Assembly (NCBI GenBank): GCA_963664115.2
Contig: CAXWPJ010000010.1
Coordinates: forward strand, 256,001-320,000
DNA from: Terriglobia bacterium
GTDB lineage: Bacteria; Acidobacteriota; Terriglobia; 20CM-2-55-15
Direction of reading: 5' to 3'
DNA: 64,000 nucleotides
Of the stretch, positions 1 to 9,096 are shown piece by piece. Numbering within the stretch: the first letter of the stretch is position 1; each line of letters begins with the position of its first letter. Under the pieces are notes generated by a model. The model saw only the letters and a list, made by a program, of their open reading frames with translations, had not been told where the DNA came from and did not search any database. The position numbers and the translations under genes are program-made.

Positions 1-186
1 GAAGTCCTTGCTCCACCGGTAATCCAGATTTGACGGAATCCCTTCGCGTCGGCACAGTTCTGCGATGCTCTCTTCGCCTCGCAACCCTTCCAACACGATC
101 CGCACTTTCTCCTCAGACGAGTACTTCTTGCGCGTCTTTCGACGAATCTCTCGTACCCGATTCTCTGCCGACACTTTCTCTTTCAT
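1..186 (-). CDS. IS3-family transposase OrfA (partial; not in ORF track)
   Basis: Manual translation from ATG 186 after a GGAGG RBS: MKEKVSAENRVREIRRKTRKKYSSEEKVRIVLEGLRGEESIAELCRREGIPSNLDYRWSKDF, an HTH_Tnp_1 pattern. Confidence 0.85.
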   Translation of the reverse strand, partial: MKEKVSAENRVREIRRKTRKKYSSEEKVRIVLEGLRGEESIAELCRREGIPSNLDYRWSKDF

Positions 187-271
187 TCGATCCTCCTTCA
201 GATCGTTCTGATTAGAAAAGTGTCTCTTAGTTTTTTAGGGTATTTCGTACGAAATGCTCTGACGGGCTACA
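1..271 (-). mobile_element. IS3-family insertion sequence, left end only (continues beyond window start)
   Basis: Minus strand begins TGTAGCCCGTCAGAGCATTT at 271 (TG terminus typical of IS3) and is followed by an OrfA-like frame. Confidence 0.75.
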
Positions 272-342
272 CTCCCAAGGATATGGCGAGGACAATGATC
301 AGCTTATGCATTCGTACGCCTTTAGCATGCTTTCTTAAAGCC

Positions 343-825
343 TCAGAGAATCAGTTCCCAATACCCGACATCAACCCATCGACCCTGTTTCCAACCCACC
401 TCTTTGAGTTCGGCGACCTTTCTGAAGCCGAATTTTTCGCTCAAGGCCACGCTACCAGGGTTTGGAAGTGAGATACCTGCAATAACACAGTGCAACTTGC
501 GCTCTCTTAGTTCATCCAACAGGGCGCTGAGAAGCTCGGTACCGAGACCCTGCCCTATTCGATCTGGCGCTAAATACAAGCTGCTCTCCACAGTGAACTT
601 ATATGCCGCACGCGTCCGGTAGTGAGTAGCGTATGCATATCCGCAAACCTCACCATCTAACTCCGACACGAGCCAAGGAAGTGACGACGTGACCTGCTTG
701 ATCCGTTGCGACATCTCGGAGGGCGATACGGGTTTCTCCTCAAACGTGACCACGGTCTTCTCGACGTAGTAGTTGTAGATAGCGCAGATTTGCTCGGCGT
801 TGGTCAGTGCAACGGGTCGGATCAC
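343..825 (-). CDS. GNAT N-acetyltransferase, Pat/YncA-like (resembles ArsN1 family B)
   Basis: IYNYYV..TFEE, GYAYA..R.AY..TVE, GQGLG, LPN.GS..L.EKFGF, EVGWK.GRWVDVGYW motifs. Start moved to GTG 825 (AAGGA upstream). Confidence 0.85.
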   Translation of the reverse strand: MIRPVALTNAEQICAIYNYYVEKTVVTFEEKPVSPSEMSQRIKQVTSSLPWLVSELDGEVCGYAYATHYRTRAAYKFTVESSLYLAPDRIGQGLGTELLSALLDELRERKLHCVIAGISLPNPGSVALSEKFGFRKVAELKEVGWKQGRWVDVGYWELIL

Positions 826-835
826 CTGGGTGTCC

Positions 836-1351
836 TTAAGGCAGCCTCTCCACAATACCGCCAGCGGCGTTGAACAATACGAGGGACGAAACAGGCCGTC
901 GCTCGATCGATCCGTCGGCAGACTCAACGTGGGACGCCACCATCGTGGTAGCGCCTAGAATAGCTCTCGCCCCCAAATTCTCGTCATACAGGGTGACGGA
1001 GGTCGTGTATCCAGCATCGATTCCGACCCTCACGTTACCCGCTGCATCGAACAACACTAAGGATGCGCCGTCTGAAGTCGCGGTGAGGACGGCTCGTTCT
1101 TCTCCCGCTGAATCGACTAAAGTGATCGAATCCCGAACAACAAGCGGCGGTCGAGTCTGATCAGGAATCTCGATTCGACTTTCGATGCCCCGATTGCGAA
1201 TCCGCTGTTGCGTGCGATCTTGGCCAAACAGCAGGCCACTCGCAAGGACGATCACAGTAAACGCGACGGTCGTATGTTTGTACCTTGCGATCCGTGTCTC
1301 AAGTATTGTCAGTCTCCGTTCAAGATTTAGCGAAGGGGTGGCCTGTGACAT
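836..1351 (-). CDS. Hypothetical membrane-anchored protein with beta-rich repeats
   Basis: 171-aa ORF, AGGAGGAG RBS, one TM segment, repeated L.L(F/Y)D..G..R motifs. Confidence 0.7.
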   Translation of the reverse strand: MSQATPSLNLERRLTILETRIARYKHTTVAFTVIVLASGLLFGQDRTQQRIRNRGIESRIEIPDQTRPPLVVRDSITLVDSAGEERAVLTATSDGASLVLFDAAGNVRVGIDAGYTTSVTLYDENLGARAILGATTMVASHVESADGSIERRPVSSLVLFNAAGGIVERLP

Positions 1352-1633
1352 TTGCTCCTCCTTTCTCCTAAATTGTGATGGTGTACCAAATAACCGTAGT
1401 CACAGTGTCCGGTGTTTCGGCCCCGGCGGCAAGCAAATCGGGTTTCCACATCCGATAGGAGGTGATTCCAGCCGTTCAGCGTGCGCCGATACTAAGAATT
1501 TCCGCACGCCTATTCTGGGCTCAAATTTTTTTGCGAACCATAGAGCGTCTAATCTAATTAACGATCCGAACCACGAAAGCGCCTATGCGGTTGCAAATAC
1601 GGGTCAGTAGCAGAATGTAACAAACGATTCCAC

Positions 1634-1700
1634 TCCCCAGCGTGCCGCACTGTGGCGACTGTTAACCGGAGGGTCGTAAGTTCGAGTCTTACCTGGGAAG
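1634..1700 (+). pseudogene. Degenerate tRNA-Asn(GTT) or tRNA-derived attachment site
   Basis: TCCCCAG...CTGTTAA CCGGA GGGTC GTAAG TTCGAGT CTTAC CTGGGAA G. Anticodon loop and T arm intact, acceptor 6/7 paired; D arm and 5' anticodon stem broken. Confidence 0.7.
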
Positions 1701-1853
1701 TTTTTTCTTTGTATAAGATTAGAAGGCCAGCCACATCTCCTTCCAGTCTCAGCCGCCTCATTGTGCCTGATTTCCTGACCTGTCGCTTCGAAAACTCTAC
1801 TGGGCGCTGGTGGCGGAAACGATTCAGTTGTATTGTAGAATTCAGTAACCGTC

Positions 1854-2070
1854 ATGCGAAACGAGTTCACAGCCATATTCGAGCGCGATGGAGAATGGCA
1901 TATCGCGTATTGTCCGGAAATACCTGGTGCGAATGGCCAGGGGCAGACCAAGGACGAGGCCCGCCAAAGCCTTGCACAAGCCATTACGCTCATCCTTAGA
2001 GGATCGGCGTGAAGAAGGTCTGCGTGGAGTGCCACCTGACGCCGAACGTGAAACCGTTATTGTAAAATCA
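1854..2070 (+). pseudogene. hicB: HicB-family antitoxin, frameshifted
   Basis: MRNEFTAIFERDGEWHIAYCPEIPGANGQGQTKDEARQSLAQAITLIL, then one extra base near 1998. The shifted frame continues EDRREEGLRGVPPDAERETVIVK. Confidence 0.8.
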
Positions 2071-2267
2071 AGCGTGGCAGCCTGTAACGGCACCTGCGCA
2101 AACACGGTTGTCATCTGAAGCGAGAAGGCGCCTCACATTCGCTCTGGACGAATCCTGCAACTGGCGTCGTTGAAGCCGTACCCCGCCACACTGAAATCCC
2201 CAATAAGCTCGCCCTGAAAATCTGCCGTCGGTTGTCCATTCCGCCCATCGGGTCCGGGTCCGTCTGA
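2067..2267 (+). pseudogene. hicA: HicA-family toxin, start codon lost and early stop
   Basis: (ATC)KRGSL*RHLRKHGCHLKREGASHSLWTNPATGVVEAVPRHTEIPNKLALKICRRLSIP, with HicA-type G.SH and VPRH motifs. TAA at 2085. Confidence 0.8.
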
Positions 2268-2477
2268 CTACTATTGTCCGGTACTCGATCAGTTCACTAT
2301 CACTGCACCGTCGGCCTGATAGTTCAATTCATCAGTGGAAGGCTAAAGGCGTGAATTGGTCCAATTTCGACCCGGAGCGCTCTCCTTAGGATCTTCTAGC
2401 GGCGACATCCTACAGAGGTGGACCCCATACGTTGGACAGCTTGGCAGCCAATTTAAGGTGGATTCCGCGGTTCATGT

Positions 2478-3326
2478 TTATGCTGCCGAGGTCAGTGGCC
2501 GTGTTCCCGCGTAGGCTTCGCTCGGCGTGAGATCGTCGAGTTTGGAATGCGGGCGGTCGTTATTGTAATAGTTCATCCAGACACCTATGTGGTGCCGGGC
2601 ATCTTTGAAGTCACTGAAGGCGTTTAGATAAACGCATTCGTATTTGATCGAGCGCCATAGGCGTTCGATGAAAACGTTGTCGATCCATTGCCCCTTGCCG
2701 TCCATGGAGATCCGGATACCTCGTTCTTTAAGTCGGTCCGTCCAGGCCTTGCTGGTGAACTGGCTGCCCTGATCGGTGTTGAAGATTTCCGGACTGCCGT
2801 ATTCCTCGATCGCCTCGTCGAGGGCTTCAAGGCAAAACGTCGTGTCCTGGGTGTTGGACAGCCGCCAGGACAACACCTTCCGCGTATGCCAGTCCATGAT
2901 CGCGACCAGATATAAGAATCCGTGCGCCATCGGGATATACGTCACGTCGGTAGACCACGCTTGATTCGCCCGCTCCACGGCAATGTCGTTGAGTAGATAT
3001 GGGTACACCGGATGAGCCGGGTTTCTCCGGGACGTCTGCGGTGCCACCGAGCGCAGCCCCATCAACCGCATTAGTCGGCGTACCCGCTTCCGGCCCACAT
3101 CGTAGCCGAGACGTTTCAGATGACGCGTCATCTGCCTGGACCCATACCAGGGCATCTTCAGATACGCCTCGTCGATCACGCGCATCAGGTCCAGATTGCG
3201 ATCACTCTCACCCCGTGGCCGATAGTACCAACTCGAACGGCTCAACCCGATCAAGTCGCATTGCCGGACCACACTGAGCTGCTCATGGCCCGGTTCGACC
3301 ACCTTGCGCCTTCGACCCAAGCTCAT
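2478..3326 (-). CDS. IS3 transposase OrfB (rve integrase, DDE)
   Basis: WSTDVTYI, NTDQGSQF, DNVFIERLWRSIKYE motifs. Confidence 0.95.
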   Translation of the reverse strand: MSLGRRRKVVEPGHEQLSVVRQCDLIGLSRSSWYYRPRGESDRNLDLMRVIDEAYLKMPWYGSRQMTRHLKRLGYDVGRKRVRRLMRLMGLRSVAPQTSRRNPAHPVYPYLLNDIAVERANQAWSTDVTYIPMAHGFLYLVAIMDWHTRKVLSWRLSNTQDTTFCLEALDEAIEEYGSPEIFNTDQGSQFTSKAWTDRLKERGIRISMDGKGQWIDNVFIERLWRSIKYECVYLNAFSDFKDARHHIGVWMNYYNNDRPHSKLDDLTPSEAYAGTRPLTSAA

Positions 3327-3604
3327 CGATTGAAGGCTCGTGCTAAAAAATCCCGTTCCACGACCAGTTCACCGATCTTGGCCTGCAGGTCTTTGATCTC
3401 GTCCTCGTGGTTCCGGGCCGATGGATCCCGGCCTCGCTGGAATCCTTCTTTAACGCTATCAAGCGCATCACGCTTCCACTTCGTGATCATGTTCGGATGG
3501 ATCTTGTACCGCGCCGCCAATTCGGCCATCGTGCCGTCGCCACGCATCGCGGCCAGCGCTACCTTCGCTTTGAAATCTGCTGAAAAATTCCGTCGTTTCG
3601 CCAT
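3323..3604 (-). CDS. IS3 transposase OrfA
   Basis: RRNFSADFKAKVAL HTH; ATGA overlap with OrfB. Confidence 0.95.
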   Translation of the reverse strand: MAKRRNFSADFKAKVALAAMRGDGTMAELAARYKIHPNMITKWKRDALDSVKEGFQRGRDPSARNHEDEIKDLQAKIGELVVERDFLARAFNR

Positions 3605-3823
3605 CGTCGTTAGGTCCTCTCATCTATGCAGAGTCCACCTTATAACGCTGTCCTAATTTTGGGGGCCACTTCTTACATGCAGAGTTCGAAGAACGTTCAA
3701 TATGAGGAGTTTTTCTTTTTCCACTTTATATTGTTGGTTTAATGGAATGAATCGACGGGTTGGTCCGGCAGGATTTAACAGGCGTTGAGAATCGATTTCA
3801 GAGGTAGGCAGGGACGAATCTCT

Positions 3824-4666
3824 TCATTCCAAGGGGGGGGCGTTAGCCGCGGGTCTCAACACCTCGCGGTTGAACCACTCCGCTTCGGTTGGCACGCAGA
3901 AATCTTCCCATAGCTCAGTACCCGGGTTCAGGAGGAACTCGCCCGTGGTCTCCCAAGGCGCTTCGTACATCTCTGGATCGGTGATCGTAAGGGAAACCTC
4001 GAGGTTGTTATGGGCCACACGCCTGTAACGCTCGACCGTCCGCAGTTCTTCGCTGTGCGGAAAGCCATGTGTGCGCTCTCTACGGTCCTCGGAGAGCCAT
4101 GTCCTTTCGTCGAAACCGTAGGACTCTATGACGAAGGTGTCTCCCTCCCACCGGCCAACTGAGTAACCCAGGAACCGGGGGTCCGGGGCCTCGGGAAGCG
4201 GCCGTCCGTCCGTGTAGATCGTGCGCCAGGTATGCCACATCTCAAAGAACTGAATCGTCCTGCCGGGCAGCTGGAGTAACTCGAATCCATAGTTGTATGT
4301 GAAATAACGCGGCCAACCGAGCGGATCACAGCGGAGCATGGGGTCCTTCCAATTGGAAACGGGGGTTCCGTCCGGGGAGTACTCGGTCTCCGTGGCGGCG
4401 TATGCTGCCTGCCCTAAAGGAGTCATAGGAGGCATATTCTCGGTGTCGAGCTGAATGCGGTTTTGGTTATCGCCCCATATTCCCGACAGGTCCCGCGCCT
4501 CAAACGGCAGGTCTGCTGTTTTCGCGCGTTCATCCGCTCTAACCTGCTGATTCCTGCATTGAGCACACATCGGCCAGTTCGGATCATTAGGGTTCTGGGA
4601 AAACGCAATTGACGAGAACGCCATTACTGCCGCCAGAGCCGTTAAGGCTTTGATTGAATTTCGCAT
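3824..4666 (-). CDS. Secreted hypothetical protein of the type that partners DUF6152
   Basis: Signal peptide; DLSGIW, DP..RC.P.G.PR, GYSVGRWEGDT, ERY.R, TITDP..Y..PW, EDFC motifs. Start 4666 has an AGGAG RBS. Confidence 0.75.
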   Translation of the reverse strand: MRNSIKALTALAAVMAFSSIAFSQNPNDPNWPMCAQCRNQQVRADERAKTADLPFEARDLSGIWGDNQNRIQLDTENMPPMTPLGQAAYAATETEYSPDGTPVSNWKDPMLRCDPLGWPRYFTYNYGFELLQLPGRTIQFFEMWHTWRTIYTDGRPLPEAPDPRFLGYSVGRWEGDTFVIESYGFDERTWLSEDRRERTHGFPHSEELRTVERYRRVAHNNLEVSLTITDPEMYEAPWETTGEFLLNPGTELWEDFCVPTEAEWFNREVLRPAANAPPLE

Positions 4667-4701
4667 GGCTCCTAAATTACCTTTTATCATCTGGTTTCTT
4701 C

Positions 4702-5085
4702 TCAATTACGTTCACGATCAAGCACCATATTGCCTTGCGCATCTGCGATCGATATAACCAGAGCTTGAGCATTCGGTGCGGTGTTGCCGACAACCGTAAT
4801 CACGTCTCCGGGCTTTAATGAATTGCGGCTCAAGCCATAACCGGTAACCGAGATCGGGGACTGCAGTTCGCCATACCACCGCACGACGTTCCCACCCGCG
4901 TCCGTCACGTCCCAGATCAGAGTGACGTGGGGATTTCTCCAAACCCATTCGGCGACGGTCCCCTTGAGTTCGACGGTTTTCGAGGTATCGTAGCCCGCGG
5001 TGGAGTGATGTGCTAAAACCAGACCGCCAAGCATTGTGAATATCGAAACAAATACCGCAACTGCCAGTACTTTCTGACTTCTCAT
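4702..5085 (-). CDS. DUF6152 family secreted protein
   Basis: Signal peptide then AHHS..GYD, GTV..W.WRNPH, LKPGD.ITV.G. Start ATG 5085 with GAGGT RBS. Confidence 0.8.
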   Translation of the reverse strand: MRSQKVLAVAVFVSIFTMLGGLVLAHHSTAGYDTSKTVELKGTVAEWVWRNPHVTLIWDVTDAGGNVVRWYGELQSPISVTGYGLSRNSLKPGDVITVVGNTAPNAQALVISIADAQGNMVLDRERN

Positions 5086-5540
5086 TGGCACCTCAACAAT
5101 ATAGAACCGCATCAGTGCTGAAGACTGTGTGGCACCTCATCGATACAAAAAAGTCGTTAGGATCAATTCGTAACGATTTCAGCACGAGAAATAGGGGCAT
5201 GTCAACGAGACTCTCAGAAGAACGTGAGAGGAGTTCAGCCCTCCTGATCAGCGACAAATTAATTGACGCTGAACAGCCTCCGCTAGTTCTTGCCCTCTGC
5301 CAGCGAAAGTGTATAACCTCAAGGAAGTTTCTAGTCACGGATCGCCGATAATTCGGGACAACGAACTGCCCGGATAGTGCAGCCGGGCCGAGAATCATGC
5401 TCGCGGCGGTGGGTGCGCCAAACGCTTCGACGGTTGAACGGACGACGGTCACCGCAAACGCGACCAGAACCGGTATCCTGTGTGGAGGTTTTCTCGGTTC
5501 GCACCAACTGCACCTTAGCTCTCGAGGGTCAGGCCGGCAT

Positions 5541-6575
5541 ATGCATTCACGTCTCCATTTCTTATTAGCCGCAGCGGCGGGGGTTTTCTTTGCCGCTGAT
5601 TGTTCAGGGCCTCGGGAAAGACCCTCTACGGTTGTCGTGTACTCGTCCGTAGACGAAGTGTTCGCTCGGCCAATCGCCGTTCAGTTTCAAGAAGAGACCG
5701 GCATCGAGGTACTACTGGTTCCCGACACCGAGGAAACGAAGAGTACCGGTCTGCTGAACAGGCTGATCGCTGAAAAACAGCGCCCTCAGGCGGATGTCTT
5801 CTGGAGCGGCGACCCGGTGCGTGCCGCCATGTTGAAGTCCCTGGAAATCACTGAATCATACTATTCAACGATGGCGGCAGATCTTCCGTCGGACTACAGC
5901 GATGCCGGGGGCCACTGGACAGGATTCTCGGCGCGCGCTCGCGTGCTGATCTACAATACGAATCTCGTCGAAGAGAGCGAAAAGCCACGATCGGTGATGG
6001 ATCTTCTGGATGCCCGATTCCAGGGTCAGGCGAGCATCGCGAATCCACTGTTTGGGACAACCACCGCGCACGCAGCCGCCCTGTTCGAAGTTCTTGGCGA
6101 GGCGGAAGCGCGGCAGTTTTTTGAAGGGTTTATTCAGAATGGTGGCACGATCGTTTCTTCTAACGGCGAGGTCCGACGGAGGGTCGCGGCGGGGGATTTC
6201 GCGGTCGGAATCACCGACACGGACGACTTCAACGTGGCTTATCAGGAAGGCCGACCCGTTGGCATCGTTTTTCCCGACCAGGAAGGGATGGGAACCTTGA
6301 TTATCCCAAACGCCGTTGTGCTGATCCGGGGAGGACCCAACCCTCAAGCAGGCAGACAGTTCATCGACTATCTTCTGCGCCCGGACACTGAGAGGGCACT
6401 GGCCGAGAGTGAAGCCGCTCAGATACCGCTTCGTCCGGACATCGGCGTTCCTCCATACGTCCGTCCTCTTCAAGACATCAACACTATGCGCGTGGACTAC
6501 CAGAGCCTCGCCGAAGGGCTGGATTCATTGAGCACTGGATTTCTCAGAACCTGGGTCGAGAGCAATGTTCCATGA
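5541..6575 (+). CDS. Fe(III)-type ABC transporter substrate-binding protein (AfuA/FbpA-like)
   Basis: VVVYSSVD, NRLIAEK.RPQADVFWS, ARARVLIYN, IANPLFGTT, TDTDD. Start at 5541 is inferred. Confidence 0.85.
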   Translation: MHSRLHFLLAAAAGVFFAADCSGPRERPSTVVVYSSVDEVFARPIAVQFQEETGIEVLLVPDTEETKSTGLLNRLIAEKQRPQADVFWSGDPVRAAMLKSLEITESYYSTMAADLPSDYSDAGGHWTGFSARARVLIYNTNLVEESEKPRSVMDLLDARFQGQASIANPLFGTTTAHAAALFEVLGEAEARQFFEGFIQNGGTIVSSNGEVRRRVAAGDFAVGITDTDDFNVAYQEGRPVGIVFPDQEGMGTLIIPNAVVLIRGGPNPQAGRQFIDYLLRPDTERALAESEAAQIPLRPDIGVPPYVRPLQDINTMRVDYQSLAEGLDSLSTGFLRTWVESNVP

Positions 6576-8164
6576 TCTCACCGGCGGTTCTGGAAGGCAC
6601 AGGAGCGTGGCGTAGGATCGCGCTGGTTTCGGGCCTGACCCTCGCGTTGGCGCCTACGTTTCCCTTACTCTGGTCCGCAGCTTCCCAAGCGCAATTCTTC
6701 GACGTTGGCAGCGGATTCATGCGAGCCCTAGGCCGGAGCCTTGCCGTCGGGGGTGGGGCCTCCCTCCTGGCTCTGGCTGCTGGCCTTCCTTCGGGTCTGA
6801 TTGCAGCGTTGTACAATTTTCCGTTCAAACATGTCTTTCTGGGAGCATCGGCTCTTCCACTCGTCGTTCCCTCATTCCTATGGGCCATCGGCCTCTCCGC
6901 TTTCCGGATCCGGATGGGTTTCGGGACGGACAGTATTCTCTCTGGGGCATCGGGGTCTGTGTTGGCTTTCGCTGCGTTTGGAACACCTCTAGTCCTATTT
7001 GCAACGTTTCTGGCAGCGGGCAGACTCTCCAACACCCAGGTGGATGCAGCCCGGATCGGGGGGGGCGAATCCACTGTTCTGCGCTATGGGGCAAGAGCAG
7101 TCTTCCCTGTGGCGTCCGCTGTCGCGCTGTTGGCCGGCGTGCTCACACTGTCGGATCCCGGACCTGGCCAAATCCTGGGGTTCACGGGCGTTGGAACCGA
7201 AGTGTTGGTGAGCTTTTCAGCTTTCTATGACTTCGATTTAGCAGCTCGGCAATGTCTCGTTCTTGCGGCAGTGGTCTTCGTCTGCTCCACTCCACTCGCG
7301 TTTGTGGCGAGCGGCCCTCTGGCGGATGCACTCCTGGCGCACAATCCCCATCCCATTCGCCGGCGGCACTGGACACCAGCAAGCTGGGCCGGACCCATGC
7401 TTTTTGCCGCTTTGATTGTGGGCATTTTGTTGGTTCCCCTTCTTGGCCTGACGCTACCTGCCCTGGAACGCTTCGAACTGAATCAGGTCGGGGACACCCT
7501 CCGAAGAACGGTTCTCAATACGGCGGTATACGCATTGTTGGCCGCCCTGTTCGCTATGGTGTTGGGCCTGTGGCTGGCGCTTGCCGCGGGACGGGACAAA
7601 TCTTTGCGGGTCATACTCCTGGCGGGCCTTCTGCTCATCTTCGCTCTGCCGCCAGTCCTCGGGGCACTTGGGACGGTCTACTTCGCCTCCGGAGCTCCGC
7701 CGTGGCTGGATCCAATACTGCGAAGCCGGTTGACGGTCGGCATCGTCCTGGGTCTGAAGTTCGTGCCCGTCACGGCGTTGTTGGCAGCGCGGGCTTTAGG
7801 CGAAGTCCCGCGCTCCTGGGCGCTGGCGGGGGCCGTGCACGGCGTGCCCCTCCGTCTCTATCTCGTTCGAGTCGTCGGCCCCTTCCTGTTACTGACCTGC
7901 ATTCTCAGTGGTGGGCTGGTGGCGTTGCTGGCCACAGCAGAAGTGGGTACGGTCCTGCTGCTGCAGCCGCCGGGAGAATCGTCGCTGCCTGTCGCCATCT
8001 TCACCGTGATGGCAAACGCCCGTGAATCGCTGGTCGCAAGCCTGTGCCTCGCCTACGTTGCTCTGACCGCCGCGACGCTGGGGATCGGCGGGCTCGTTTT
8101 TCGATTCATGCGCGAAACCTCTCCCGTCACCGGGGGATCTGCCCAGGCCGCGCGGAGGGTGTAG
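6572..8164 (+). CDS. Fe(III)-type ABC transporter permease (two-domain)
   Basis: 530-aa hydrophobic protein with an EAA-like loop (DAARIGG) and a C-terminal LL.PPG..SLPVAIF; ATGA overlap with the upstream gene. Confidence 0.85.
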   Translation: MISPAVLEGTGAWRRIALVSGLTLALAPTFPLLWSAASQAQFFDVGSGFMRALGRSLAVGGGASLLALAAGLPSGLIAALYNFPFKHVFLGASALPLVVPSFLWAIGLSAFRIRMGFGTDSILSGASGSVLAFAAFGTPLVLFATFLAAGRLSNTQVDAARIGGGESTVLRYGARAVFPVASAVALLAGVLTLSDPGPGQILGFTGVGTEVLVSFSAFYDFDLAARQCLVLAAVVFVCSTPLAFVASGPLADALLAHNPHPIRRRHWTPASWAGPMLFAALIVGILLVPLLGLTLPALERFELNQVGDTLRRTVLNTAVYALLAALFAMVLGLWLALAAGRDKSLRVILLAGLLLIFALPPVLGALGTVYFASGAPPWLDPILRSRLTVGIVLGLKFVPVTALLAARALGEVPRSWALAGAVHGVPLRLYLVRVVGPFLLLTCILSGGLVALLATAEVGTVLLLQPPGESSLPVAIFTVMANARESLVASLCLAYVALTAATLGIGGLVFRFMRETSPVTGGSAQAARRV

Positions 8165-8169
8165 GGAAC

Positions 8170-8958
8170 GTGGACAGTCGATCAATCCAACCGTCGGCAA
8201 CGAAGACACTCGCCGAACTGAGACAGGTCTCCAAACGCTACGGTTCCACGCTGGTGTTGGACTCTCTGTCTCTTGAAGTTCCAGCAGGGCATCATATGGT
8301 CTTGCTCGGACCCTCGGGCTGCGGCAAGTCGACGCTCCTGCGCCTGATCGCCGGACTTGAAACACCCGACTCCGGGCAGGTGTTTGTCCAGGGTCGGCTC
8401 GCCTCCGGTGGCACCGGTCCGGTTATCCCTCCACATGAACGCGGCATTTCAATGGTCTTTCAGGACCTGGGCTTGTGGCCGAATCTTTCAGTACTCGAAA
8501 ACGTGAAGCTGGGTCTTGCCGGATTGAAAATGGGGCGGGATGAGCGGAAAGAGCGCGCCAGGTCTGCTCTGGCCACATGCCGGATCGAGGACCTCTCGGG
8601 CCGCAAACCCAACGAACTCTCCGGGGGCCAGCAACAACGAGCCGCCTTGGCTCGCGCGCTTGCCGTACGCCCCCGGTCTTTGCTCCTCGACGAACCCTTC
8701 GGAGGACTGGACCTGGAACTGAAGCGACATCTGTCCGAAGAGATCCTTCGCCTGTCGGTCGCTTTCGATGTGACCGTCCTGCTTGTGTCTCACGATCCGT
8801 TGGAGGCCAGGGCTTTCTGTTCTCATGCTGCTGTACTGGAAAAAGGACGGATTTGTGAGGCTGGGGCACTCGATGCGCTCTTAAGAGACCCAGTCTCAGG
8901 GACGCTACGGGAATTTGCGGCACAGCTCCCGCAGCCTGATCCAAGCGCGTCAGCCTGA
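8170..8958 (+). CDS. ABC transporter ATP-binding protein
   Basis: GPSGCGKST, MVFQD, LSGGQQQR, LLLDEP, VSHD. Confidence 0.92.
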   Translation: MDSRSIQPSATKTLAELRQVSKRYGSTLVLDSLSLEVPAGHHMVLLGPSGCGKSTLLRLIAGLETPDSGQVFVQGRLASGGTGPVIPPHERGISMVFQDLGLWPNLSVLENVKLGLAGLKMGRDERKERARSALATCRIEDLSGRKPNELSGGQQQRAALARALAVRPRSLLLDEPFGGLDLELKRHLSEEILRLSVAFDVTVLLVSHDPLEARAFCSHAAVLEKGRICEAGALDALLRDPVSGTLREFAAQLPQPDPSASA

Positions 8959-8974
8959 TTCAAGCGCGTCAGCC
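8932..8974. repeat. 19-bp tandem duplication across the ATPase stop codon
   Basis: CAGCCTGATCCAAGCGCGT CAGCCTGATTCAAGCGCGT CAGCC. Confidence 0.8.
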
Positions 8975-9096
8975 ATCCGCATCGAGAGCACAGAGGACCA
9001 GGCGGCGACGTTCGCGGTTCGGTTCACGATTGAATCTCGTCGCGTGTCGTGATAACAAATTGAGAGCAACTGCACACACAGCAAATAGGAGGCGAC

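Larger units (their letters stand above)
2414..3673 (-). mobile_element. IS3-family element, complete copy 1 (1,260 bp)
   Basis: Imperfect IRs AGAGGTGGACCCCATACGTTGGACAGC / AGAAGTGGCCCCCAAAATTAGGACAGC and a 3-bp target duplication TAC (2411-2413, 3674-3676). Confidence 0.95.

Noticed and set aside
3120-3656. 178-aa plus-strand ORF (and its twin at 28194..28730)
   Set aside because: Antisense shadow of the IS3 orfA/orfB genes.
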